Assembly (NCBI RefSeq): GCF_009914755.1
Contig: NC_060927.1
DNA: 64,000 nt
DNA from: the human T2T-CHM13v2.0 reference genome, Homo sapiens
Strand: one strand, 5' to 3'
Shown here: positions 29,216 to 46,849 of the stretch, piece after piece
Numbering within the stretch: the stretch's first letter is position 1
Layout of the letters: the number at the start of each line of letters is the position of its first letter
The notes under the pieces: model-generated
Told to the model about the DNA's origin: nothing
The model's input: only the letters and a program-made list of their open reading frames with translations
The model's database searches: none
Position numbers and translations under genes: made by a program

Positions 29216-29877
29216 TAAAGACTACCAGTCTATTATTTATACATTTTACAACTGTACAATTTAAAATTCTAAATGACCAAATAAAAATGCAAACAAAACT
29301 TTAAGGAAATTTATTTTAAGGATAAAATGTAATTAAGTCTAATGGAAAAACTATATGACTTAGGTATTTGCTAAATTATTGAGGAAATTATTATCTCAAT
29401 GGTAATTTTAATAATTTCAAATATGAGACTATTCAATGTTGGAAAAAGCCATTTTTCTATTCACTCAGACCAAATAAGAATTTATATTGGAAAATAACAA
29501 ATCATTGGTAATTTTACTGATTATTCTAATAGTGAGGCTCTAAATGAGATGGACAATTTGGCTTCTCCGGGAAAATACTTATTTCACATTTGACTTTATT
29601 ATAATTTGTCTGACTAAAAATATCCGGCAACAGAAGTCAGTAATCTTTTTCCCCCCAAACTAGTAAGGTGAAAAAATTCTAAACATCTACAACATTTAAG
29701 TGTCATAAGATTTCTCTGTATACCAGAAGAGAAACTTAAGAGTAAAGAACAACATTCAAACCAGGCAAAATAAAACCTAAATTTAGTATTTAGGGATATA
29801 TACTTAGGTAACAATACTATCCAACAAAACTAAGAAAGTAATTACTTTGAAAGTTAGGTGAGTGGTTATCGTTAAAG

Positions 29878-30234
29878 CAGGGGTCCCCAGCCCCCAGACT
29901 GCCTTGTACCAGTCTGTGGCCTGTTAGGAACTGGGCCACACAGCAGGAGGTGAACGGTGGGTGAGCGAGCATTACCGCCTGAGCTCTGCCTCCTGTCAGA
30001 TCAGCAGCAGCATTAGATTCGCATAGGAGCACGAACCCTATTGTGAACTTCACATGCGAGGGATCTAACTTGTGCACTCCTTATGAGAATCTAATGCCTG
30101 ATGATCTGAGGTGGAACAGTTTCATGCCTAAACCACTCCCCACAACACCAACCCACCCCACTCTCAACCCCATCCATGGAAAAATTGGCTTCCATGAAAC
30201 CAGTCCCTGGTGCCAAAAAGGTTGGGGACTGCTG
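29878..30234 (+). mobile_element. MER1B (hAT-Charlie MITE)
   Basis: caggggtcccc...ggttggggactgctg termini; 8-bp TSD cgttaaag/ctttaaag. Confidence 0.88.
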
Positions 30235-31009
30235 CTTTAAAGGGTTATCATTTGCAGGGGTTGAGAACTTCTGGGGCAGTTTTCTGTTTTGTACCTCAGT
30301 GGTGGTTAAAATCTACCTTATTAAAAATAGATTAAATTTAATGAATAATTCATTGAACTGTTTACCTTTTAGTCATTTTTTGTTAATTACATTATATTTC
30401 ACAGCAAAAATGAAAAGTAAAAGGCAGCTAAACAGAGAACTCCACCTAACCCAACAATCTATATACTTAGGTAGGCTGGTTCCTGTTACTTGCCTAGGCT
30501 TTTTAGAACCATCCAACTGTCTATTTATAAAATGTTCCTTTGAAAGCTCCAAACCATTATACTAATACTCACTTAATTTTTTATGAGGGGAAATGATCAT
30601 TGATCCATATACTCAGATTCTTTAAAAAATCGCATTCCTAAAAAATAAGAAATATACTGTATCTTTTCTATTTTACATATGAGAAATTTTATAATTGTAG
30701 GAAGACCCAGCATAATCACAGCAGAAAAAAAATAACATGTTTGCCTATGAATAAAAAAAAATACACTGGTTTTCCAGAAAACCTCAATTTTTTAAAAATT
30801 TTTCAACAAAAGTAGTTTATCAATGAATACATAAACATGACTTAATTATATAGCTTGGCCAAATAAATTCAGAAATCAGAAAAAAGAATTCTCCCTCAGA
30901 CTTGGAGTCCTACATTTTGATTCCGGAAAATAAACTAACAATTGGGATGAAGGCATTGTTTTCATGCCTTTTGTCATAATTTTATTTAGAGTATTTCTTG
31001 TCCTTCAAA

Positions 31010-31480
31010 AAAAAATGGACAAAACATTTGGACACTTCACCAAAAAAATGCACAAATGGCCAACATGCATACAAAAAGACATTCAATATCATTAATCTTA
31101 TTTTTCTGGTCTTTAAAAAAAGTTTTAAAAAAGAGGAAGGAACAAAAGAAATTCAACAGATATCCTAGAGAAGATTTCTTAAAGTTCAATAAAGCACATG
31201 AAAAAATGTTCAACATCATCAGTCATCAAGGAAATGCAATTAAAACCACAAAGAGATACTGCTACACCTCCATTAGAAAGGGTGATAATAAAGAAGATGA
31301 CCATGTAAGTGTTGGCAGGGGTGTGGAGAAAATGAAACCCTTCTACATGGCTAGTGGTGGGAATATAATACGGCACAATCACTTATGGCAGCTTGGCAGT
31401 TTCTTACAAAGTTAAAAATGCACCTACCATATGACCCAGCAATCCAACTCCTAGGTATTTACCCAAAAGAAATGAAAACA
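31010..31480 (+). mobile_element. Old L1M ORF2 3' fragments
   Basis: aaatgttcaacatcatcagtcatcaaggaaatgcaattaaaaccac...catatgacccagcaatccaactcctagg. Confidence 0.7.
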
Positions 31481-32730
31481 GGCTCCCAACACAGTGGCTG
31501 ACTAGACACAGCCAAGTGGAATGGCTACCACCAAGGGACCAAGACGATGGGTGCACTCCTAATAGATCTTCAGAGGGAAGGCACAGAGACTGGATGGAGG
31601 GAAGACACAGAAGCTAGGCTGAAGAGGGAGGAAGGTGGGAACCTTGCACAGGCTTACCATGTACCAGGACTCATTCATAGCCCCCAGTGACTCTGGGGGG
31701 CAATGGGTGAGTTGAACTGGCAAGGGGCAATCCACTCTCCCGAAGGGTCTCTGGAATCCCAGCAGGAGGAGACCCCTCAACCACCACGGACACTTCAGTT
31801 GGCAGGGAGAGCTGCTTAGAGAAGTGGTAGGGGCAGCACACCAGCTGATGTGGAGCCCAGAAGGTTTGGTGCGGGAGAGTCTGCAGCAGAGCATGGCCAG
31901 TGAGGGCCATCCCTCTAGGCTTGACTTGCTCCCATAAGAGACTTTAGCCCTAGGGGAACTGTTGGACCTGAACTCTGCAGGGTTGTCTTGCCTATCAAAC
32001 AAGGCCAGTCTGACCTGACCATCCTTGGTCTGTGGCCACTCCCAGGGCCGCAGCCTGGTGGTGTCTACTTGCAGGGCAGCATTGGGTGCCCTGGGGTCCT
32101 GTATCACTGGGGGACCTGCCTAACAGGCAGAGAGCTCCAGTGGGGTGGCCCCCAAAACCATGCACAAGCCTGCCACTCCCTCCACACACCGCAGCTTCCC
32201 CTTGGCCCATGGCAACCCACCCCCCACCCCCGCACGTTGCTTTGCTGATGTATATGTGTGCAGGAGGGTTTTGCTTTCTTTGCCCCAGCAGCATGTGACT
32301 GTGCATGCACCCTGCCCTGCCACTGTGTGAGTGCAGTCCACCCCGCTCCCACAACTGACCACCATTGCAGTGCAAACCATGGCGAGCACAAAGCCAGCCA
32401 GCCTTGCCCCTGGAAGTACCTCACCCTTGCACCAACACTGACAGGAAGTGAAGCCAGACACAAAGAACAGCACACCTTCCCCCCACACTGAGCAACCACC
32501 CCTGCCTACAGCGCACAGAGAAAGCACAAAGACCTGTACCCACCAGTACCACCACACCCGTGCCAACATCACCAACAGCACAACCACACACACAGTCACC
32601 AGCAGGGACTCCTGCTCCCCATCAGCCACATTGCCGCTGCCACTGTGGTGAACACTCATATGAAGACAGGCACCCTGGCACCCATTAGCACCTTGCCACA
32701 GCCAACAGACATGCACTAGGCCACACTGCG

Positions 32731-33072
32731 TGATACAGTTTGGCTGTGTTCCCACCCAAATCTCATCTTCCCACGTGTTGTGGGAGGGACCTAGTGGGAG
32801 TTCACTGAATCATAGTGTCAGTTTCCCCATACTGTTCTCATGGAAGTGAATACGCCTCATGAGATCTAATGGTTTTATAAAGGGAAACCCCTTTCACTTG
32901 GTTTTCATTCCCTCTTGTCCACCGCCATGTAAGATGTTCCTTTCACCTTCTGCCATAATTGTGAGTCCCCCCATAGTCACATGGAACTGTGAGTCTATTA
33001 AACCTCTTTTTCTTTATAAATTACCCAGTCAGGGGTATGCCTTTATCAACAGCCTAAGAACACACTAATACA
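32731..33072 (+). mobile_element. THE1 solo LTR
   Basis: tgatacagtttggctgtgttcccacccaaatctcatctt...aaattacccagtc...ctaataca. Confidence 0.88.
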
Positions 33073-34387
33073 CTACCACTGCTGCTGGCACATGCAAATG
33101 AGGATACATCCAGCTGCCACTGCACTACTGCACTATGAAATGCTTTAGCTGACACCACCCATTGGAGAGTAGTGACCAGCAGTCCAGGAGCACCTCAGCC
33201 CCCCAACACAGTGGATTCCTAACCTTGAGGTAACAGAGAACAAAGTTGGGGTCTGATACAAGTCCCACAGAGTTAGAGCACACAGTCCAGGAGAAGTTGG
33301 GAGCTGAGCACTGGTACCCTAAAATCTTCCAGAAACAAAGCCAGTTGGCTGACTCCACTTTTTACCACAATCAAACCCTCAAAGTCATCAAGATAAAAGA
33401 AAAAGACTCTACCCAAAGGTTAGCAACTTCAAAGACTGAAGGAACTTAAGCCCACAAAGATGAGAAAGAACCAGCAAAAGAACACTGAAAACTCAAAAAG
33501 CCCGAGTGCCTTCTTTCTTCCAAAGAACCGAACCATCTCTCCAGCAAGGGTTCTGAACTAGGCTGAGATGGCTGAAATGACAGAAATAGAATTCAGAATA
33601 TGAGTAGGAATGAAAATCATTGAGATGCAAGAGTATGTTGAAAACCAATCCAAGGAAGCTAAGAATCACAATAAAAAAATGCAGGAGCTAACAGACAAAA
33701 TAGCCAGTACACAAAGAAACCAACTAACATGATATAGCTGAAAAATATACAAGAATTTCATAATGCAATCGCAAGTATTAATAGCAGAATAGACCAAGTG
33801 GAGCAAAGAATCTCAGTGCCTGAAGACTGACTTTCTGAAATAAGACAGTCAGACAAAAATAGAGAAAAAAGAATGAAAAGAAACAAACAAAACCTCTGAG
33901 AAATAAGGGATTATGTAAAGAGACTAAACCTACAACTCACTAGTGTACCTGAAAGAGATGGAGAGATGGTAACCAACATGGAAAACATATTTCTGAATAT
34001 CATCCATGAGAACTTCCCCAACCTAGTCAGAGAGGCCAACATTCCCCAACCTATCATTCATGAGTTCTGTCACCCATGAGAACTTCCCCAGCCTAGCTAG
34101 AGAGGCCTAGCAGAGAACCCGAGTAAGATATTTCACAAGATCATCCCAAAGACACATAATCATCAGATTCTCCAAGGTCAAAATCAAAGAAAAAATGTTA
34201 CAGGCAGCTAAAAAGGTCAGGTCACCTACAAAGGGAAGCCCATCAGACTAACAGCAGACATCTCAGCAGAAACCATAAAAGCCAGAACAGATTGAGGAAC
34301 AGTATTCAATGTTCTTAAAGAAAATAAATTATAACCCAAAATGTGATATGCAGCCAAACTAAGCTTCATAAGTGAAGGAGAAATAAG

Positions 34388-34687
<300 letters not shown>

Positions 34688-35112
34688 TAAGAAGATTCTT
34701 TTCAGACAAGCAAATGCTGAGGAAATTGATTACCACACGACCTGCCTTGGAAGAGCTCCTGAAAGAAGCACTAAATATGGAAAGGAAACAATGTTACCAG
34801 CCACTACAGAAACACACTGAAGTACACAGACCAGTGACACCATAAAGCAACTACAGAAACAAGTCTGCATAATAACTAGCTAACATCCCCAACTCATTCT
34901 ATGAGGCCAGCATCATCCTGATACAAAAACTTGGCAGAGACAAAATGAAAAATTTAAGGCCAATATCCTTTATGAACATCAATGCAAAAGTCCTCAACAA
35001 AATACAGGCAAATCAAATCCACCAGCATACCAAAAAGCTTATTCATCACGATCAAGCAGGCTTTACACCTGGGATGAAACGGGGGTTCAACATATGCAAA
35101 TCAGAAATTTGA

Positions 35113-35416
35113 GGCCAGGTGCAGTGGCTCACTCCTGTAGTCCTAGCACTTGGGGAGACCGAGGCAAGAGGATTGCCTGAGCTCAGGAGTTTGAGACCAG
35201 CCTGGGCAACATGGCAAAACCCTGTCTTTACTGAAAATACAAAAAACTACCCGGGAGTGGTGGTGCACACCTTTAGTCTCAGCTACTCGGGAAGCTAAAG
35301 CACGAGAATTGCTTAAACCCGGGAGGTGGCGGTTGCAGTGAGCCCAGATAGCACCACTGAACTCCAGGTTGGGTGACAGAGCAAGACACTGTCTCCAAAA
35401 AAAAAAAAAAAAAAAA
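35113..35416 (+). mobile_element. Alu (older S/J-type)
   Basis: Full Alu; TSD aaatttga. Confidence 0.88.
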
Positions 35417-35599
35417 AAATTTGATTTATCACATAAACAGAGCTAAAGTCAAAAACCACATGATTACCTCAATACATGCAAAATTAAATTTCTGTGGGAC
35501 CTGGCAAAAGGCACCTCTGCTTTCATTCAGGTACAATGCATCAGCACAGAATTTCCTTTTTCTTTTTCTTTTTTTTCTTTTGAAGAAAAGAATATCAAA

Positions 35600-39730
<4,131 letters not shown>

Positions 39731-39829
39731 CTACCTTTCCAGCACATGCATTTGTTACTTGACAACTGGCCAAATACTAAAGAAAGCAGTTTTTGAAAGA
39801 AAAGGAGTTATCTTATTCTTTGAAATTAA

Positions 39830-42800
39830 AAGGAGATTTTGTCTTGCACCTTTGGTACCAGCATGGCCACAGCGGAGTAGAGCACCAAAGAGGCTCTTGG
39901 GGTCCCTAATTCCAGGACGTGACCCTATGATGGCACTTTTGGACCTGACCTGGAGCAGAGGGGAGCTCACTGCCCTAAAGGTTGAGTCCCAGGCCAGGCA
40001 GCATTCACAACAAGCCATCTTAAGAGATTTCGGGCCTTAAGGGAAATTGTAGGTAGTCTGGCCGTACTCCTTGTGGCCTGGGATAGCAATGGCTATGGGG
40101 TGAGGCTCTTCTGCTTTTGGGAAAGTGAGGGAAGAGTGGGGAGGACTGCATCTTGTCATTTGAGTGCCAGCTCAACCATAATACAATAGAACACTAGGTA
40201 GACTTCTAAGGTTTTTGACTCCAGTCCCTGACTCCCGGACAGCACTTCTGGACTGACCAAGGGCTTGGGAGATCTTGCCATCCTGAAGGGAAGAACACAG
40301 GCCTGGCTGGCTTTGCCACTTGCTGATCATAGAGCCCTGGACCCTTAAGCAAACATAGGCAGTAGCCAGGGAGTAGTGACAGCAGGTCTTGGGAGAGACC
40401 CAGGCTGTGCTGGCTTCAGGTCTGACCCAGCACAGTCACAATGCTGGTGGCCACAGGGGTGCTTGAGTCACTCCACCCCCATCTTTAGGTGGCTTGGAAT
40501 AGAGACTGTATGTTTGGTAGAAAGTAAGGGAAAAGAACAAGAGTCTCTGCCTGGTAATCCAGAGAATTCTCCCAGTTCTTGTACAAGACTATCAAGACAG
40601 TATCTCTATGAGTCTGTAAGAATCACAGCATTACTGAGTTGGGGTGCACCCTAAAGCTTAGAGCATAACACCCAGCTCCTTTCAAATATCTGAAAAGCCT
40701 TCCCAAAAAGGATGGCTACAAGTAAGCACAGATAGAGAAGACTACAATAAAAACCTAACTCTTCAATGCCCAGACAATGAAGAACATCTACTAGCATCAA
40801 CATCACCAAGGAAAATAATCACTGGAAGCTACAAAACTCACTGGTAATAAGTACATAGAAAAACAAAGAATATCATAACACTGTAACTGTGGTGTGTAAA
40901 CTACTCTTATCCTACGTAGAAAGACTACAGGATAAACCAACCAAAAATAATAACTACAATAACTTTTCAAGACAGTCAATACAATAAAGATATAAATAGA
41001 AGCAACAAAAAAGTTAAAAAGCAGGGAGACAAAGTTAAGGCATAGAGTTTTTATTAATTTTTATTTTGCTTGTTGTTTATGCAAATAGTGTTGTTATCGG
41101 GTTAACATAAAGGGTAATAAGATAGTATTTTCAAGCCTCATGGTAACCTCAAACCAAAAAACATACAATGGATACACAAAAAATAAAAAGCATTAAACCA
41201 AATCATATTAAAAATCACCTTCACTAGAGGAAGACAGGAAGGAAAAAAAAAAGGAAAAAAAAAACAAGAAAGAGAAGACCACAAAACAATCAGAAAACAA
41301 TTAACAAAATGGCAGGAAATAAGTTCTTACTTATCAATAATAACATTGAATATAAATGGACTAAATTCTCCAACTTAAAAACACAGACTGGCTGAATGGA
41401 TGAAAAACCCATTGATCTGTTGCCTAAAAGAAACACACTTCACCTATAAAGACACACATAAACTAAAAATAAAGGGATAGAAAAATGTACTCCATTCCAA
41501 TGAAAACCAAAAAAGAACAGGAGTCACTATACTTCTATGAGACAAAACAGATCTCAAGACTAAAATGATAAGAAGAGACAAATGGGTCACTATATAATGA
41601 TAAAGAGGTCAATTCAGCAAGAGGATATAACAATTTAAAATATATAGTCACCCAACCCTGGAGCACCCAGATATACCAAGGAAATAATATTAGAGCTAAA
41701 GTGAGAGATAGACCTCAATAAAATAATAGCTGGAGACTTCAGCACCCCACTTTCAGCACTGGACAGATCTTCCAGACAGAAAATCAACAAACAAACAAAC
41801 AAACAAACAAACATCAGACTTAATCCACACTATAGACCAAATGGATCTAATACACATTTATAGGCCATTTCATCCAACAGCTGCAGAATACACATTCTTT
41901 TCCTCAGCACATAGACCATTCTTAAGGACAGACCATATGTTAGGTCAATAAACGAGTCTTAAAACTTTCCAAAAAACTGAAATAATATGAAGCATCTTCT
42001 CTGACCACAAAGGAAAATTAGAAATCAATAACAAGAGGAATTTTAGATACTATACAAATATATGGAAATAAAACAATATGTTCCTGAATGGCCAATGGGC
42101 CAATGAAGACATTAAGAAAGAAAACTGAAAAATTTCTTGAAACAAATGATATTGGAAACACAATACAGCAAAACCTATAGGATACAGAAAAAGTAATATT
42201 CAGAGGAAAGTTTATAGCTTTAAATGCATACAACAAAAAAAAGAAAAAAACTTCAAATAAACTATCTAATGATGCATCTTAAAAAACTAAAATAGCAAGA
42301 GCAAACCAAACCCAAAATTAGAAGAGAAAAAATAAAGAGAGAAAAAAACAAATGAAATTGAAATTTTAAAAATACAAAAGATTAATGAAACAAAAAGTTG
42401 GTTTTTTCAAAAGTTAAAACAAAATTGACCAACCTTTAGCCAACCTAAAGAAAAACAAAAAGAGAAAATACAAACAAAATCAGAAATTAAAAAGGAGGCA
42501 TTACAACTGATACTACAGAAATTCAGAGGATCATTAGTGGCTACAATGAGCAATTATATGCCAATAAATTGGAAAATCTAGAAGAAATGGACAAATTTCT
42601 GAATACATACAATCTAACAAGATTGAACCACGAAGAAATCCAAAATCTGAACAGACCAATAGCAAGCAATGAGATCAAAGCTGTAATTAAAAGTCTCCCA
42701 GTAAAGGAAAGCCCGGGACCCAATGGGTTCACTGCTAAATTCTACCAAACATTTAAATAAGAACAAATGCCAATCCTACTCAAACTATTCTGAAAAAGAG

Positions 42801-45465
42801 AGGAGGAGGGAATACTTCCAAACTCATTCTACAAGTCCAGTATTACCCTAACACCAAAACCAAACAAAGAAACATCAAAAAAAGAAAACTACAGGCCAGC
42901 ATCTCTGATGAACACTGATGCAAAAATCCTCAACAAAATACTAGCAAACCAAATTCAACAATACATTAGACAGCTCATTCATCATAACCATGTGGGATTT
43001 ATCCCTATGATGCAAAGATGGTTCAACTTACAAAAATCAATCAACATGATTCATCATATCAACAGAATGAAGGATAAAAATCATATGGTCATTTCTGTTC
43101 ATGCTGAAAAACCATTTGATAAAATTCAACAGTTCTTCATAATAAAAAAAAACTGAGAATAAAAGGAACATGCCTCACATAATAAAAGCCATATATGACA
43201 GACCCACTAGCTATCATAGTTAGTATCCTAGCTAGTATCATACTAAATAGGGAAACACTGAAAGCCTTTCCCTTAAGATCTAGAACACAACAAGGATGTC
43301 TACTGTCACCACTGTTATTTAACATAGTATTGGAAGTCCTAGCTAGAGCAATCAGATAACAGAAAGATATAAAGGGCATCCAAATTGCAAAGGAAGAAGT
43401 CAAATTACTCGTTTGCTGATGACATGATCCAATGTTTGGAAAAACCTACAGACTCCATGAAAAAACTATTAGAACTGATAAACAAATTCAGTAAAGTTGC
43501 AGGACACAAAATCAACATACAAAAGTCAGCAGCATTTCTGTATGCCAACAGCAAAAAACACGAAAAAAAATTAAAAAGTAATCTCATTTACAATAATAGC
43601 CACATATAAAATTACCTAGGAATTAACCAAAGAAGGGAAAGATCTCTACAATAAAAACTATAAAACAATTATTAAGAAATATGAGAACACTAAAAAATAG
43701 AAAATTACTCCATGTTCATAGATTGAAAGAATCAATATTGTTAAAATCTCCATACCACCCAAAGCAATCTACAGATTCAATGCAATCCCCATCAAAACAC
43801 CAGTGACATTCTTCACAGGAATAGAAAAACTAATCCTAAAATTTATATGGAACCACAAAAGACCCAGAATAGGCAAAGCTATCTTGAGCAAAAAGAACAA
43901 AACTGGAAGAATCACATTACCTGACTTCATATTATACTACAGAGCTATACTAACCAAAACAGCATGGAAATGGCATAAAAACAAACACATAGATCAATGG
44001 AACAAAATAGAGAACCCAGAAACAAACCCATACACCTACAGTGAACTCATTTTTGACACAGGTGCCAAGAACATACACTGATGGAAAGACACCTCTTCAT
44101 TAAGCGATCCTGGGAAAACTGAATATTGATAGGCAAAACAATAAACTAGACCCCTATCTCTCATCATATACATAAATCAAATCAAAATGGATTAAAGACT
44201 GAAATCTAAAACCCCAAACTATGAAACTACTACAAGAAAACACTGGGGAAAATCTCCAGGACATTGGTCTGGGCTAATATTTCTTCAGCAATACCCCACA
44301 AGCACAGACAACCAAAGCAAAAATGGACAAATAAGATCACATCAAGTTAAAAAGCTTCTGTACATGAAAGGATACAATCAACAAAGTGAAGAGACAACCC
44401 ACAGAATGTGAGAAAATATTTGCAAACTACCCATCTGACAAGGGATCAATAACCAGAATATACAAAGAGTCCAAACAACCCTACAGGAAACAATCTAATA
44501 ATGTGAGCAAAAAAATAGGCAAAAGATTTGAATAGATATTTTTCCAAAAAAAAAGACATACAAATGGCAAACAGGCATATGAAAAGGTGTTCAACATCAT
44601 TGATCATCAGAGAAATGCAAATCAAAACTACAATGAGATATCATCTCACCCCAGTTAAAATGGCTTATAGCCAAAAAACAGGCAATAACAAATGCTAGCA
44701 AGGATGTGGAGAAAAGGGAACACTTACACACTTTAGGTGGGAATGTAAATTAATATAACCACTATGGAAAACACGTTGGAGGTTCCTTAAAAAACTGAAA
44801 ATTGAACTACCGTATGATCCAGCCATTCCACTGCTGGTATACACCAGAAAAAGGAAATCAGTAGATTTGGAAGTGATCTAAGTGCCCATTAATAGATGAA
44901 TGGATAAATAAAATGTAGTACATATATACAATGGAGTATATTCAGCCATAAAAGAAAATGAGATTCAATCATGTGCAACAACACAGATGGGATTAGAGAT
45001 CATTACGTTAAGTGAAACAAGCCAGGCACAGAAAGACAAACATCACATGTTCTCACTTATTTGTGGGATCTAAAAATCAAAACAATTGAATTCATGGACC
45101 TAGAGAGTAGAAGGATGGTTACCAAAGGCTGGGAAGAGAACTAGTGGGCTGAGGGGGGCAGGTGGGGACAGTTAATGGCTATAATAAAAATAGAATGAAT
45201 AAAACCTACTATTGATAGTACAATAGAGTAATATAGTCAATATTACTTAATCATATATTTTTAAATACCTTAACAAATGTAACTGGATTGTTCATAACTC
45301 AAAGGATAAATGCTTGAGGGGATGGATACCCCATTCTCCATGACGTGCTTATTTCACATTGCATGCCTATATATCAAAACATCTCATGTAGCCCATAAAT
45401 ATATACACCTAATATGTACCCACAAAAAAATTTTTAAATGATTTTAAATTTCTAAAAAAGAATAA
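39830..45465 (+). mobile_element. L1MA (L1MA1/2-like): 5'UTR part, ORF1 largely deleted, decayed ORF2, 3'UTR
   Basis: ORF2 pieces [15 protein letters not shown] and [18 protein letters not shown]; 3'UTR aaaggataaatgcttgaggggatggataccccattctccatg; (AAAC)n at about 41785-41812. Confidence 0.85.
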
Positions 45466-45475
45466 AAAATAAAAT

Positions 45476-45635
45476 AGCTAGGCATGGTGGCATGTGCCTG
45501 TAGTCCTAGCTACTTGGGAGGCTGAGGTGGGAGGGCTTGAGCCCAGGAGGATGAGGCTACAGTGAGCTATGTGATCACACCACTGCACTCCAGCCTGGGC
45601 AACACAGCAAGACCCAGTCTCAAAAAAAGAAAAAA
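45476..45635 (+). mobile_element. Alu right monomer (FRAM/AluJ)
   Basis: gctaggcatggtggcatgtgcctgtagtcctagc...A-tail. Confidence 0.8.
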
Positions 45636-46510
45636 TATCCTAAAACTCAACAATAAAAAACCAAAAAAGCCAATTTAAAAATAAGCATAGGGCTTGTGTA
45701 GCCGTTTCTCCAAAGAAGATATATGAATCTCTAATAAATACATAAAAAGATGCTTAGTATCATTTATAAATAGGAAAATGCAATTAAGACTACAATGAAA
45801 TGCCACCTCATACCATTAGGATGGCTACTACAAATTTAAAAAAAAAAAAACAGAAAGTAACAAGTGTTGATGTGGATGTGAAGAAACTGGAAATTTACTC
45901 ACTGCTAGCAGGAACATAAAATGAGGTACGGCCATTGCAGAAAATAATACAGCAGTTGTTCAAGAAATTAAAAATATCATTACTATAAGACCAAGCAATT
46001 CCACTTCTGGATATACACCCAAAAAAATTAAAAACAGTGAGCTGAGGTATTTGTACACCCATGTTAACGATAGCTAAAATATTAAAGTAAACCAAGTGCC
46101 CACAGATGAATAAATATAGAAACAAAATGTGGCATGTAAATACAATGGAAAATTATTCACCTTTCAAAAGGAAGAAAATCTGGCATATTCTACAACATGA
46201 ATGAACCTTGAGGACATTAAGCTAAGTGAAATTAGCTAGTCACAAAAAGACAAATACTGTATGAGGTACTTTAAAAAGTTAAAATCATCAAAACAAACAG
46301 CAAACTGGTGGTCATAAGGGGAATGGGGTGGAGGGAGAAATGGGAATTTATTTTTTTAATGGGTTTCAGTTTTACAAGATGGAAAGTATTATGGAGATTG
46401 ATGATGGTGTTGGCTGCACATTATCAATTTATTTAACAACATTAAACTGTACAATTAAAAATGATTAAGATGATAAAATTTATGTTAAGTGTATTTTACT
46501 ACAATAAAAA
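45636..46510 (+). mobile_element. L1MB-type 3' end
   Basis: atgaaccttgaggacattaagctaagtgaaattagc...gtgtattttactacaataaaaaaa. Confidence 0.75.
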
Positions 46511-46721
46511 AACTTTAGAGTCTTAAAATTCATTTAGTACACTTGTCCAAAAGCATACAAATTTATATTTAAAATAGATACATGTTATTCTATGTAAATT
46601 ACACATCAATAAAGTCGGTTTCAACGAATGAGTAAATAGAAAACTTGAATTGTCCTATAAGGGCGTGACCAGATGGCTTCACTGATGAATTCAACTGAAC
46701 ATTTAAAAAAGAATGAGTATC

Positions 46722-46810
46722 GGTCTTTGCCGCCGCGCCGGCGAGCGCCGCCCGGGAGGCAGCGGCTGGAGGAGCGGACGGGCCCCGCGGGGCCCGAGGG
46801 CAAGGAGCAG
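46722..46810 (+). other. MAST2 exon-1 fragment transduced by SVA_F1
   Basis: Translates SLPPRRRAPPGRQRLEERTGPAGPEGKEQ, matching the MAST2 N-terminus as I recall it. Ends at GAGCAG and joins directly to the SVA Alu-like sequence ccgcctgccttggcctcccaaagtgccgag. Confidence 0.88.
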
Positions 46811-46849
46811 CCGCCTGCCTTGGCCTCCCAAAGTGCCGAGATTGCAGCC

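Noticed and set aside
31559-32755. Cluster of 100-210 aa ORFs on both strands
   Set aside because: They lie in the GC-rich 5'UTR of an old L1PA and show no recognisable protein similarity or splice structure.
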